Below the pieces are notes generated by a model. It saw only the letters and a list, made by a program, of their open reading frames with translations. It made no database searches and was not told the DNA's origin. A stretch of DNA of 64,000 bases from Botryllus schlosseri (Eukaryota), in assembly GCA_051294905.1 (NCBI GenBank), contig CM119374.1, forward strand, positions 9,362,001 through 9,426,000, written 5' to 3'. This document shows, in pieces, positions 21,588-33,000 of the stretch (the stretch's first letter is position 1; every line of letters begins with the position of its first letter). Both the position numbers and the translations under genes were made by a program.

Positions 21588-23688
21588 TCAAATTTCTTTT
21601 TCGCAGACTACTCCGTTAGCAGCGTGTGACGGTGTATAATTGAATTTGCCGAAATTAGAACCACTTCTTCGAACTGCCAAGAAAACAGATTTATGTTGAG
21701 GATTAGAAGTCGGGTAACCGGGATGCCAGTGAAATTGACTTTTATCCATCTTCGTTCCAGAACTGTATAGCATGGTGGAAGTCTGTCAAAAAACAAATGA
21801 TATAAATTCGAATATCACCAAAATATTCTGTATGAGACGCAATCAAGTCCGATCAAATCGATAAGAGAATTCACTCCAACCACGTATAATCTAATGCAAC
21901 AGTGGCTCCTGTCTTTTCGTTTTATTTTCAGAATCACATTACCCCAACACATTTGTCAATGGAAAATAAATCTGCGAGTTAAAATGTTGAGTAAAACTGA
22001 CAAATGCTCTAGTACAGTGATTCGTAATCATTTTCCTCATACGCACCTTTTCTATTTGTAAATAGGAACAGGAAACGAAATTCCAAGTAATTGCAATGCA
22101 CGACTCGGGTGGAGCACCACTGCATTATATGACTCGTGCACAACAGTTACTCTTGACGAATATCATAAATTATTCTCGTATAGGTACATTTGTAAGTTCG
22201 CGGACACACAAAACACATTCCGTGAACTCACTTCTTGAGTCCTCTGGCACGGGGTTGGGTTACATGGTTTATTTTACTTTGATGAATTTGGAAGAAAGAA
22301 TCACGATTGAAATAAAAAATAAAAGCTATGTGACTTTGATTGTTGGCAGCAGTGCAGCCATGAGAAGAAGATGCCATCGCATTTATAGACTGATCCGTGC
22401 AGTTACAGCATTGTAATTTGTAGCATGGCTTATTATTAGGGATGGTTTAACCCTCTGAAAGGTTCGGATTCGCGTGAACGCAAACCTTTTTGATAGCTTA
22501 TGTGTGAACGCGAACGTGAACCTCATGCATATTGCTAATTTAAACCCTACATTTCAGTGAAGTGATAGCATATATAGCCTACCTAGCGGCGACTCGAACC
22601 ACATAATGCCACAATGCTAAAGTACATATTGACGTTTTAAACGTCGCCAAATGCATTAACTGGAGCAATTAAATGATCTAATAATCCCATAAAATCGATA
22701 TCTTCCGTCGCTTTGCCAACAATTTCGACGAGGACTTGCAAGGGAATTCAAGCTTACGCCTTAACGGTCTAGGCCAGACCGCACAATGTATTCGGGGTCT
22801 GAGTATTGATACTTGATATTGAGCAATATTACCCCATTAGCAAGTTATACAGCAGTAGCCTACGCGCCAATCGCATGGATTTGGTTTTCATGATACAATA
22901 AACATATGTAATCAAGATTGATACCGTACGCCTGCTAGAAATTTTACATCAGACAACGATATCCACGTCATTTATTGGTTGAATAAGCATCATTCGCTGA
23001 CTACCTATACACGTAGTGTATTTCGCTCTTGATGTTGTGGGATTGCGGGTCAGGCTCACAGCAGAGAGTCACTATATTCGAGCTAACTTTTGTAACAATG
23101 CAAGTTAAATTTTTTAGATTGTCAAGGTGCATGCTTGTTTAGTGTGGATTTTTTATGCTGCCAGCGCCATGCATACAGTGGCCCGCAGTTGAAATGCAAT
23201 AAATTTCAACCAAACATGTTATAATGAACTTAAAATTGTAATATATGAAAGAGGTTCACAGTGCAGAACCTACCAAGGTGCGTTTGTGAACGTGAACCTC
23301 TAAATTTCTGAGGTTCACACACAGAACGCGAACGTGAATCTCACGTTCACCCCATCCCTACTTATTATCATACGTATCATTGCTTAAAGTCGGTTTTTAT
23401 GCATGCAAACCACTAGCGATATAAAGGCTTGCAACTATACCGATGGGTTATATTCCATTCTAAGACGTAACTCGGCGTAAATGAGGCCAGCCGGCATTTT
23501 CCCGAGAGCAAAATCGTACACATTGTTTTGTTAAGATTGATCATGAATTTCCGCCAATGAAGCTCCGGTTCTCGCACATTCCCTAACAGCGTGTTGCTGG
23601 AAATGTACATCCTTCCTTGATGAGAACTGAGGTATGGTGAAACATTTGCCAGCATCAACCAGTCCGCCTTGTCTCTTGCAGTCAGATT
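21588..23688 (-). pseudogene. Paralogue of the collectin-like gene: only exons 3 and 4 found; premature stop in exon 3
   Basis: Exon 23688-23441 (248 nt, same size as in gene 1) has an in-frame TAA at 23531-23533 where gene 1 has CAA, and FVIGM changed to LRLRM. Exon 21782-21588 is open (TSTMLYSSGTKMDKSQFHWHPGYP...VVCEKEI*). No signal/collagen/neck exons seen between 23.7 and 29.9 kb. Confidence 0.82.
22437..23360. mobile_element. Ac-type hAT non-autonomous element (TAGGGATG family), complete copy
   Basis: Termini TAGGGATGG / CCATCCCTA; perfect TSD CTTATTAT; collinear with 10057-10961. Confidence 0.92.
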
Positions 23689-24525
23689 CTGCAAATAAAC
23701 ACATATCCAAGAGCGCAGAGAAAAAGGCGGAAGATTAAGAGCCTTGAACTGTTACACCATGTGGTTCTTAACTTTGTAAACCATGAACTAAATTTGAGTT
23801 TTATTGACATCTCACGATGGAAGTCTCAGACATCCAAACGAATGCAATTTTACTGTTAGTATGCTACGTTTTTACACGCAGCATGTATGAATTAAAGAAG
23901 GTGCAGACAGCCAGTAGTAAGCAACGCAATTCTATGAGACATGTATGACACACGCGATTTTAAATTGTGGTGCAATATTTTCCCAGTCGCTTTTGTAGTA
24001 CTGTGGGTTCATGTTGCCAGCACAGGACTGTTTGGTGCCGACCAATTCGACGACGGGATATATTATTATCGAAGGATTTAGTCAAATAACGACAGTCATT
24101 TTGAGCAAATGTTTTATCGCAGCCGTTTTTTTTTGCTTCACGCATGTCGCCCAAAACTTAATCACTTCACGTGTCCCGGCGCGCGAACGGAAAACCCCGG
24201 AATACCTCTGTCTCATATTCTCGCATGTTGCACACCCCAGACAAAGTCATCCCAAAGTCTATCCAACTCCGCAAGGCGACACATAGCAATATACACTTGT
24301 CCTACAATTGTAAATGTAATTGGATTTTTTTTTTGTAAATTATGCGTATTCAAAAATAAGATGGTGTGCGAAAGATCCAGCCCCGCTTTTTCCCTTCCCA
24401 TACCTTGCTCGAGTTTTACGCGGGAAAGTTAGAGCTTTTCAGAGAAACGAATGTCGGTCAAACCTTATCATGGCATCAACACAATTTGTGAAGTAAAATT
24501 GTCGGTTCATTTTCATGATCTAGAG

Positions 24526-26086
24526 CAGTGGTTCTCAACCGCCGGTCCGCGACGACTTTCCTGCCGGTGAGGTACATTAGGATTTTATCCCTAAATTTTA
24601 AGATGCAAGATTTTGAAAGCTTGTTCATTGGTAAAATAAATAAAGCGTCAAATCCTAAACTGATGCAGAACCTCGTGAGATAAGATCAGTCCTGGAAACA
24701 TATTCGATCTGACTAGAAGTTCAAGCTGCCGCCTTTGACGAGCTGGCGAGCTGACTCGCTGAACCACCCAACTCGTACTATCATTCGTTTTCGATTCAAT
24801 AATTCTGTGGATTGACACTGGACAGGAATCGCTTTTGTCAGGTGTTCTCGTGTGCCGTATTGTATACTCATAGTATACTCGTACTACGTCTGGTAGTAGT
24901 GGAAATTGGGAAGATAGTTCGAAAATGTGCTTGGTCCTATTCTAAAACGCTTCATCTCTGGACAACGTCCAAGAGAAGAAAAATATTTGAGTTGGCGCGG
25001 TCGGTTATTCCATGGATTTCGACGCGAAATTAGCCCATGTTTATCTGCATATGTGAATTAAACATCTACTCAGCACTCAGCAGACACTACCCTAAAATCA
25101 CATGAGTACTATCATGAATATATTTAATTACAAAACCCTCAGAATTTCACTCTCTAGTACAGGGGTGACCAAGCTGCGGTCGTAGACACGTAATTCAATT
25201 AGTATGTGTTGGCGGCAGTCAGCATGAAAATTGAATTTACGAATTGACTCCCGAATTTTAGAGATATTTAAATAATTCTTGAAATTTTCTTCGCCCTTGG
25301 CGACATTCAATGCGAGTTCATTTTTCGATTTTAATATGGTCGTAGCGCCCTTTGTAATCTGATCCCCGCAGTACAGATGCGAACAGCGGAGGAAAATGAT
25401 GCAACCCATATAGAAATACGAACATGGAATCGTACTCTCCTCATGGAAGATATTTGTTTCTTGTAGGTTTGGGAGATTCCAATATCTTTTCATTATACAG
25501 TCAATCCCGATGGGAGTTCTAGAAATAACAAAACGCAACAAAGTGATTACAATAACAATTGACTCACCCGAAGATACATCATCATTTGTAACTTGCCCCA
25601 AATTTCGAAAACACTCCCCCCATCAAATCTAATTATAACTCTGATCACATTGGCAGAGAAAGGATAAATAATACATAGCAATATGAGAAACTACGAATAT
25701 AAATGACCAAATTTGTTCGTGAATTTGAAACAAATTTCGCGCTTGGTGCAACCATAACCTAACTATTGATAACATGACCGATTTGTCTGCGTTTAGTAAG
25801 ACGATAGATTAGTCCGGAGTTCTCCAGTAATGAACATGGGTATTTCCCGTCCAGTTGATTCACTAAGACTATGTCCTCGAATGCGGTCGTAGACGATAAA
25901 AAGTAAGCAGAATGCAGCCGCGAATAGAAAAAAGGTTGGCCACCCCTGCTCTAGTACCATACCGGCCGAAAAACGCCTGCACGCATTACATTTTGGGTTA
26001 ATTTAATTTTTTTAAGATTCAGTGGTCCGCCAAATTACTTTTGAAATTTTGCCGGTCCGCGAGGTGAAAAAGGTTGGGAACCACTG
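24526..26086. mobile_element. Charlie/Buster hAT element with a nested insertion
   Basis: TIR CAGTGGTTCTCAACC / GGTTGGGAACCACTG; perfect TSD ATCTAGAG. Confidence 0.9.
25160..25948 (-). mobile_element. Nested Charlie/Buster hAT derivative with a possible transposase C-terminal remnant
   Basis: TIR CAGGGGTGACCAAGCT / AGGTTGGCCACCCCTG; perfect TSD CTCTAGTA. The 157-aa minus ORF loosely resembles a hAT dimerisation region (weak). Confidence 0.85.
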
Positions 26087-27966
26087 ATCTAGAGCCCTTG
26101 ACACATTGTCGTACCAATTCTTTTCCTGTCTCGCATATAGGCTGTAGTACCCAAAAACCGAACACAGTGAATTCGCATATGCACCAATCATCCGCGGGGG
26201 ATCGCGCAAAGCGCGAAGAATTTTTTGTTGAAAGATATTCAGCTTATATTGCAGACATGTTGAAAGATCGCTCGGTTACGGTCGCGACCAAAAATTGTAC
26301 CCTTCGCGATCTATACTTTAAGAACTCCTGTCCTACTTGGTGTTAACCGTATTGAAATAAAATGAGGAGATTTCGACCGTGTGTTAATGTGTCGCATTAT
26401 TTCACGCACGCTTCACATGTGCACTTTACAATCAAAATAAACTTACACTGATATATTTCACGAGAACAAGGCATATTTGCAGTTCCAGTTTCTTGTTAAC
26501 GCTGCACGGAATTTTGATTGTGTGAGATCGAAGAATGTGACGAAACTTTGGGACTTTGATTAGTGATGCCCAGGCCTGTTTATTTTTGGATATTGGGATT
26601 TATTTTTGGAGAATCTCCAAAAATAAGATTTGAAAACATTCAAAAATAAGCTTTTTTGGATTATGATTTTTCAAGTTTTTAGTGAAATAAACGAGTCAGA
26701 GCAGTGTAAATGCTGTTGAAACAACCAGAAAACTCACAAAAACACGCATAAAAACGGCATGTGTGTGAGGAAGGGGTCTCCGAAACGCTAAAAGTACTTT
26801 TACTGACTGGAAGGATCAGAGGCGTGGCGACAAGGGTTTAAGAGGCGGCATGGTATGAAATCGTGCGAATGCGGTGCTCGTTGGACCTTGTGGCTCAGGT
26901 CGAATACCGCCACCTCTACAACAATCACTTCGTCCACACGTTGATGGGACTGAATGGCTATACATACCTCATACGACTACAGGATTTGGTCCAGGAGATG
27001 AAAAGTACGTGCCCAAGTTTGTTGACACCTGCTGGTCGTCAATTAAGAAAGTGACCACTTGGTTGACTAGACACTAGACTAGAATTATCCCAGAAAAAGT
27101 AACAAATATGCATGATTTTAATCCGCACTAAACCCGCGCCGCGTTCGTCACCCACACTGCAATTTTTTCTGTGCAAATGCGTGCAATCCAAAATGTTGAC
27201 AAGCACTGGTGTAAAGGATAAATTGGAACTGGAGGTTTTCATTTCAACAGAATTCTGGTTCCATCATTGTGATATCGAAACTATTATGGAGCAGATTTAA
27301 CAAATTCAGGTGCTATTTCTGTTAACCGACTGCAGTGTGAGAGATGGGGAAAGAGATTGTTTAGTGGGCAAGTAGTGCATATTTCTTGTAATTACGTGTT
27401 ATCGTGAACTCTGCATATTGCAATGACGGTAAATTTAAAGTTACACAAATCTACCACGAAATAATCAGCTTTATTCTGATTTTCGATTTAATTTTTGTCT
27501 CTCTCAATGTTCGGGTTTCGGTTACGGCAGTTACGGCCGTGCATGGTCACAACCGTAGCGATTTCCATTTATATTATAACGAATTTCAACTCGTTGCTGT
27601 TATCCTATTTCGTCAACATGCATTTGACATTCACGAGCGTATTCAATAGTCGCGATTATGAAATAAGCTTGAAACATGATTTCGCACTATGAATAGACGT
27701 TTGTTAGAATTATGAGATAAACAAAACTTGGCTTTGCACCATCACTGTCGCCATTGTTCCAAATGATATGTTGCTAGTGGCTTGGCTACCTCGAAACGCT
27801 CCCACCGGTTGAAACCACTGGCATAAAGCGTGTCAAAAGAAACCTACACAATGAAAAGTAACAGGAGATAACATAAATCAACAGGCGAGAATGATTAAGT
27901 CGCATGAGACGCTAAACGAAGACCATATGTCATATTGTGATCGGGTATCTCGAGTAGCCTATTTAC

Positions 27967-28879
27967 TAGGGATTGTGTGAACGTGAGTTCCCGTTCGCGT
28001 TCTGTGTGTGAACCTCTGGAATTTGGCGGTTCGCGTTCACAAACGAACCTTGGTAGGTTTTGCACTTTGAACCTCTTTCACTTCATTGTAACGACATTGC
28101 TTGAAATTCTTCGGATTCACACTTCGGACCTCTCTCCGCGTGGCAGCATGAAAAGACATTCAGCACTAAACGAGAATGCACCTTGCCGATTTCAAAAATT
28201 AGTTGTTCGAAAGTTTGCTCGGAATATTCAGCTTTCCATTTGTGAATCTTTAGTGCCTCTCTGGTATGAGTTTTGCCCATAATCACAAAATAACAAGAAC
28301 GAATTGCACTACATGTTGAAAGTTACTGAATTGTGCTTAGTCAACCAGTCAGTTATTTATATCAACAAAATTGATAAGAAGAATGCGTCGGTATCTAATG
28401 CAAGAAAAATCCATCGTTTGTACGAGATCTATCTTGACTTGATATCCTTATTTTATCATAAAAGCAAATTCACCCAATTAGGGTGTTGGCTACTGTAAAA
28501 CTGGTTTGTGAGATAATATCTAGCGCAAGTATAGAAACCGGTGAAGAATACATCTGTCCCGTCTAGCCGAGTCCTCGTCGTAATTGTTATCAAAGCGATT
28601 TTGTGCGAATATTAGAGCATTTGACTGTTCCCGTTAAAACATTAGGTTGCGTTTAAAAAGTAATCACGTACCTCAGCATTGTGGCATATTGTGTCCTAAG
28701 TCATCGCCAGTTATCATGTACAATAACATTACCATATAAGTTTACGGAAATGTAGGGTTGGAATTAGCAGTATGACGTCACGTTACGCCATAGGCTCACG
28801 TTCGCGTCCACACAGAACCTTTCAAAAATGTTTGCGTTCACACGAACCAGAACCTTTCCGGGGTTCGCACCATCCCATA
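27967..28879. mobile_element. Ac-type hAT non-autonomous element (TAGGGATG family), older copy in reverse orientation
   Basis: Ends TAGGGATTGTGTGAAC / GTTCGCACCATCCCATA; degenerate TSD CTATTTAC vs GTATTCAC. Confidence 0.85.
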
Positions 28880-29951
28880 GTATTCACAACATCAGACCGC
28901 ACAAACCAAGCCATATATTGTGTAGGCGATAGGACAAAGGATTCCGCTATTATGCACGTTGGCATGCCTACATAGCCTTTGAGGTGTAACGCACCATCAT
29001 ACATTGGAACAACTATTCCCATTACTCCATAGCCATTTTTCTTATTGCAGTTAGCCTATCGCGCACACGAATACTTACCACGCTCTATAGATTTATGTTC
29101 ACACTGTTCTTTTCGTGTGAAAATCATATTTTAATGATTTTGTTCTAAAATTCTGGTGATGCTCGGTTCATGTTGTGCGCCAGTAATCTACAGTAATATA
29201 GTAGATTTTTATTGTGGTAGATTCCTGTTTTTGTGTGACTCAGCAAAAAGTTCTTGCACCACTAAGGCTGGCAGATTAGTGCATGGATATCCCAGGTCAT
29301 TAAGGGAACCACAGTTCTATACATATACAGGTTTATCCATAGATTTTATTCCTACGAATCTCAAGAGAGCTACAATCATGAATCCGAGAACTCGGCTCCA
29401 AGGCCCAACCCGATTTATATACACATAATCAACGCAGGCACAATACTGATGTAACGGATGTGAAAGCAGTGGAATATACGCAATGTAGGTATAGTCGTGT
29501 TTCCCGCTCCAATAGAATTCCAGTTTCGAAATTATGCTAACGTGGATGCATATAGCCTGCTGCATCAAGAAGTTATCAGAATATTTCAAACGTGCGAAGC
29601 GACATCGATTTACATTCATTATACGATTGATTGTGTTCACGGAACTATGGGTATCTGTATAACGCGAAATATTGGTACTGCATACAGCATTAGTACAGAG
29701 GTATATGCATTCGTCGCCTACATAAAATGACGCATTACCTTCCTCTTTATTGACTAAAGAAACACACCTGAGTTGCCTGACTGTCTCAATGCGTAGTAAT
29801 AGTCACTTAGTTATCATTGCTTGATTTAAACGCAAATCGCTGTATGCATGGACGAATTCTTTCTATCGTTATCAATGAGTGTATTGTAAACTTCGTACTG
29901 TAATCAAAGCGAGTCGGATATCAGCTATTTACACGGGACAGTAACGGAATT

Positions 29952-30017
29952 ATGGCCGGAAAAACGCCGGACGACTTTATGGTTTCGAAACTACTGGGAG
30001 AAGACGCCGATTCAACG
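29952..30017 (+). CDS. PDPK1: PDK1-like exon 1 (MAGKTPDDFMVSKLLGEDADST)
   Basis: Matches the PDK1 segment KxPEDFKFGKILGEGSFST; ATG in ATTATGG context; in-frame stop upstream at 29901; phase-0 donor GTAACT. Confidence 0.82.
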
Positions 30018-33000
30018 GTAACTTGTATACTATTCTCAGTTTAACATAACCATTAACCATAGTTTCTATGGCTCACAATCTTTGTATTGGTCGATTATCG
30101 TTTTCACTGATTTCAATAAGCAGTGTTCCTGTATGGTTTACCAGTCCTTTCAGAAACTGCCATCAAAATTGCGTGCACAGTGGACGTTACTCGACGGAGT
30201 GAAAGTAAACGTAGGTCTTGTGGTAGGCATGCATATGTGACACGTTCCTCTTCATCAGATATGCGAGGCCTAGTTTTCCAGAAAGTTTCATCACGCTACA
30301 TTCTCACACAATGCGGTTAGGAGAGTCTACCGATCCATATTTCCGCATAGAAGATGACAATTATACAGCCTTTATATCCCTTATATAGTACGCTTGGTGA
30401 TAATTCATAAAAATTGAAAGTCATTCGAACGCCAAAGAATAGACTTCAGAATAAATTCGTGTCGACAAACGATCTGATTTTCGGAAGTCGTATTTGGAAT
30501 ATGATTGCGTTGCATAAATTGCCCGATTTCTATACATGACGAATAAATTTCAAAAACATAGAATTAACTTTGTCATTCAGACATGGGGTAATCGTCATGT
30601 GTAATCGCAATTGATAACGTTAGCAAGAAAATTCGAAGTAATCGTAATCATACTCGGTTATATGGCCTATGTAAAAGGTTTCTTGGTAAATGAACGAATA
30701 TTTTCACTTCTACGAGGAATATCACAAAAACTGAACATTTATGAACCAGTATTATTGGGTCATATCAAGTTATTGATAGAAGAAACGTCGGATTTGTAAA
30801 CATCGCTGCTCATTATTACGCAACAAGCATTAGCTGTGCCAATCCCGTAAATATTCAATGTAGTAGTATGAGTGATAGAGCCGCCGTCTTGCTTTACATG
30901 TGGTAATCTACGTAAAAGGAGGATTATATTCACCACTCTGCTTGGATTCAAACAGTATGGCAAATATTTATACCCGTCATATAAATCATGACAATTTCCA
31001 TATCAAATCATTAGAACTCAAGCATTGCTGTTATAAATCACTACCGTGCTGTTATATTCCGTTACTCTTAACGGCGACTCGCAATATCCGGATTGCCGGT
31101 ATGTGTGTTCGTTCAACTATGAGAATCATTATTCGTTACGGCAGATTTCTTCTGTTTACGTCATTTTAATTCACTTACCGCCCAACTTTAAACGGACATA
31201 AATCGTTATTATTGAATTCTATGCTCAAAATTGGGACCTGTCGTAAGACGTCCACTTATACTCCATGCTAGTTTTGGTTGCAGCTATAAGAAATGAAAAC
31301 CACTGGGGGCGAGACGTCGTCAGCTATACATCTGAACTATGGATATATTATTGCAACGAACAACACATTCATATTCACAATTTATTCAATATAAGCTTTT
31401 CAACTGACCCTCGTCGGTAGTGGCCGTCAGTATAATACGGAGATTGCAATTCGAAATGTAAAGAAATGTAAAGGGTCAGTTGAAAAGCTTATAGTGAATA
31501 AATTGCGAATATGAATGTGTTGTTCGTTGCAATATTCAAATTCTGTACCACAAGGAACCTATTTGGATATATTATTATGAAGTAACAAACAAATGACGTC
31601 ACATTTTCAAAAAATAAAATATTCTCTCATCCTCTCATCGCATTTGTTATATTATGTTGTCTCAAAATATGTGTTCAAGCAAGAAAAAAAATTACATTGA
31701 TGCAGTAACCGCCCCATGTCTGCTGCCACTGCCGGTCATCCTAATCAATCAACGAAGTTATCACGAGTCTATGGTAAATGTGACATATTACGGCGTTGCA
31801 CGTAATCCAACCCAATGACTCTTTGCAATTGAATGGGTGTGAGTTTACAATGCTCTGATCCGCATTGTCGAGGAGTAAAATGCGAAGAGATCACGCGCTC
31901 TTAGCTTTCCTAATTCACAAATACGTGGACTTATTGCAACATCATATTGCGACAAGTAGTCGACACCATTCATACCGTGACTTATGATGCATGCAATATA
32001 CACATGCCACTGTGATTTCGTATCTTATGGTGATAATTGAGCGATAACCCAATTGACCACGTGATATATCAAACAAGGCAGATATTTTTATCTCATAGCT
32101 TTTTGAAATTAAAGTTGTTCTCGATTACCCCATCGTCAAGGTTACTTTTTGCTAATATTTCCTATCATCGTTAGTTGTGGGATGATCCAGGTTATAAAAT
32201 CAAAGAGGTGACTTAAATAGGGGACACTGCAAGAGGTTTGTAACATGTGAAAATCCAAGATCTATTTATTAAAATTTTGGTGCTCCTTCGAAGATGCCGA
32301 AAAACTGTTCATGGCGTTATTCACACCGTCATAATACCGCCATTTCTGATTTTGTGAATAAGCTATACTAACCATAGTATGTCGTTGAAGTGTTTATAAG
32401 ACAGTAGCCCGTTATGAATTACAACAGTATGAAATTCGTTTATTTGTATATATTCCATTATCCTGACTACATATGCTCATTAATTGAAGCTCCAAACTAC
32501 ACTTCAACGAGCAATCGTGTGCTATAACAATGGTACATAAACTCTTCCCTAAAATTTGAGAACTGTCGAAATGAATTACCAACTCTATACAGGGGTTTCC
32601 CAACCTGTGGGCAATGAACCTATTTCAGCGGGGGTCATGAAAAAATTAGGAAATTATCATCTCTGAGTAAACTTTACTGTCACAAAAGATATTGCATGCC
32701 TTTACTTCTGAAGACAAAGAAGCGTAGTATCTTGGATGTTCAATATGAATGCGATTGGCCCGTTCCATCACTAAATCGGCAATTAAGACATTTTCAGAGC
32801 AACAACAAGCTCAACTTCACAATATACTGAAGATATATTAGTAATTAATTCCCAATCATATTTATTGTGTGTTGTATTTATATCATGTTGTTATGCCATC
32901 TAGCGGTTACTGCTTAAACACCAGTATTTTTAAATATAATAACGCTTCCTAAGGATCCATTGATTTTTACGAATTTTCAAATGAGGCCACGGTGTAAAAA

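Noticed and set aside
24150-24300. RGIPG stretch as the missing collagen exon of the lectin pseudogene
   Set aside because: No sustained Gly-X-Y period, no signal peptide, and a stop immediately upstream.
26863-27077. Two overlapping GC-richer ORFs
   Set aside because: No recognisable family or splice support; may be a repeat fragment.
13101-28879. Repeat-mediated recombination as the origin of the lectin duplication
   Set aside because: Paralogue exons and introns are more diverged than the repeat copies and the TSDs differ, so the insertions appear to postdate the duplication.
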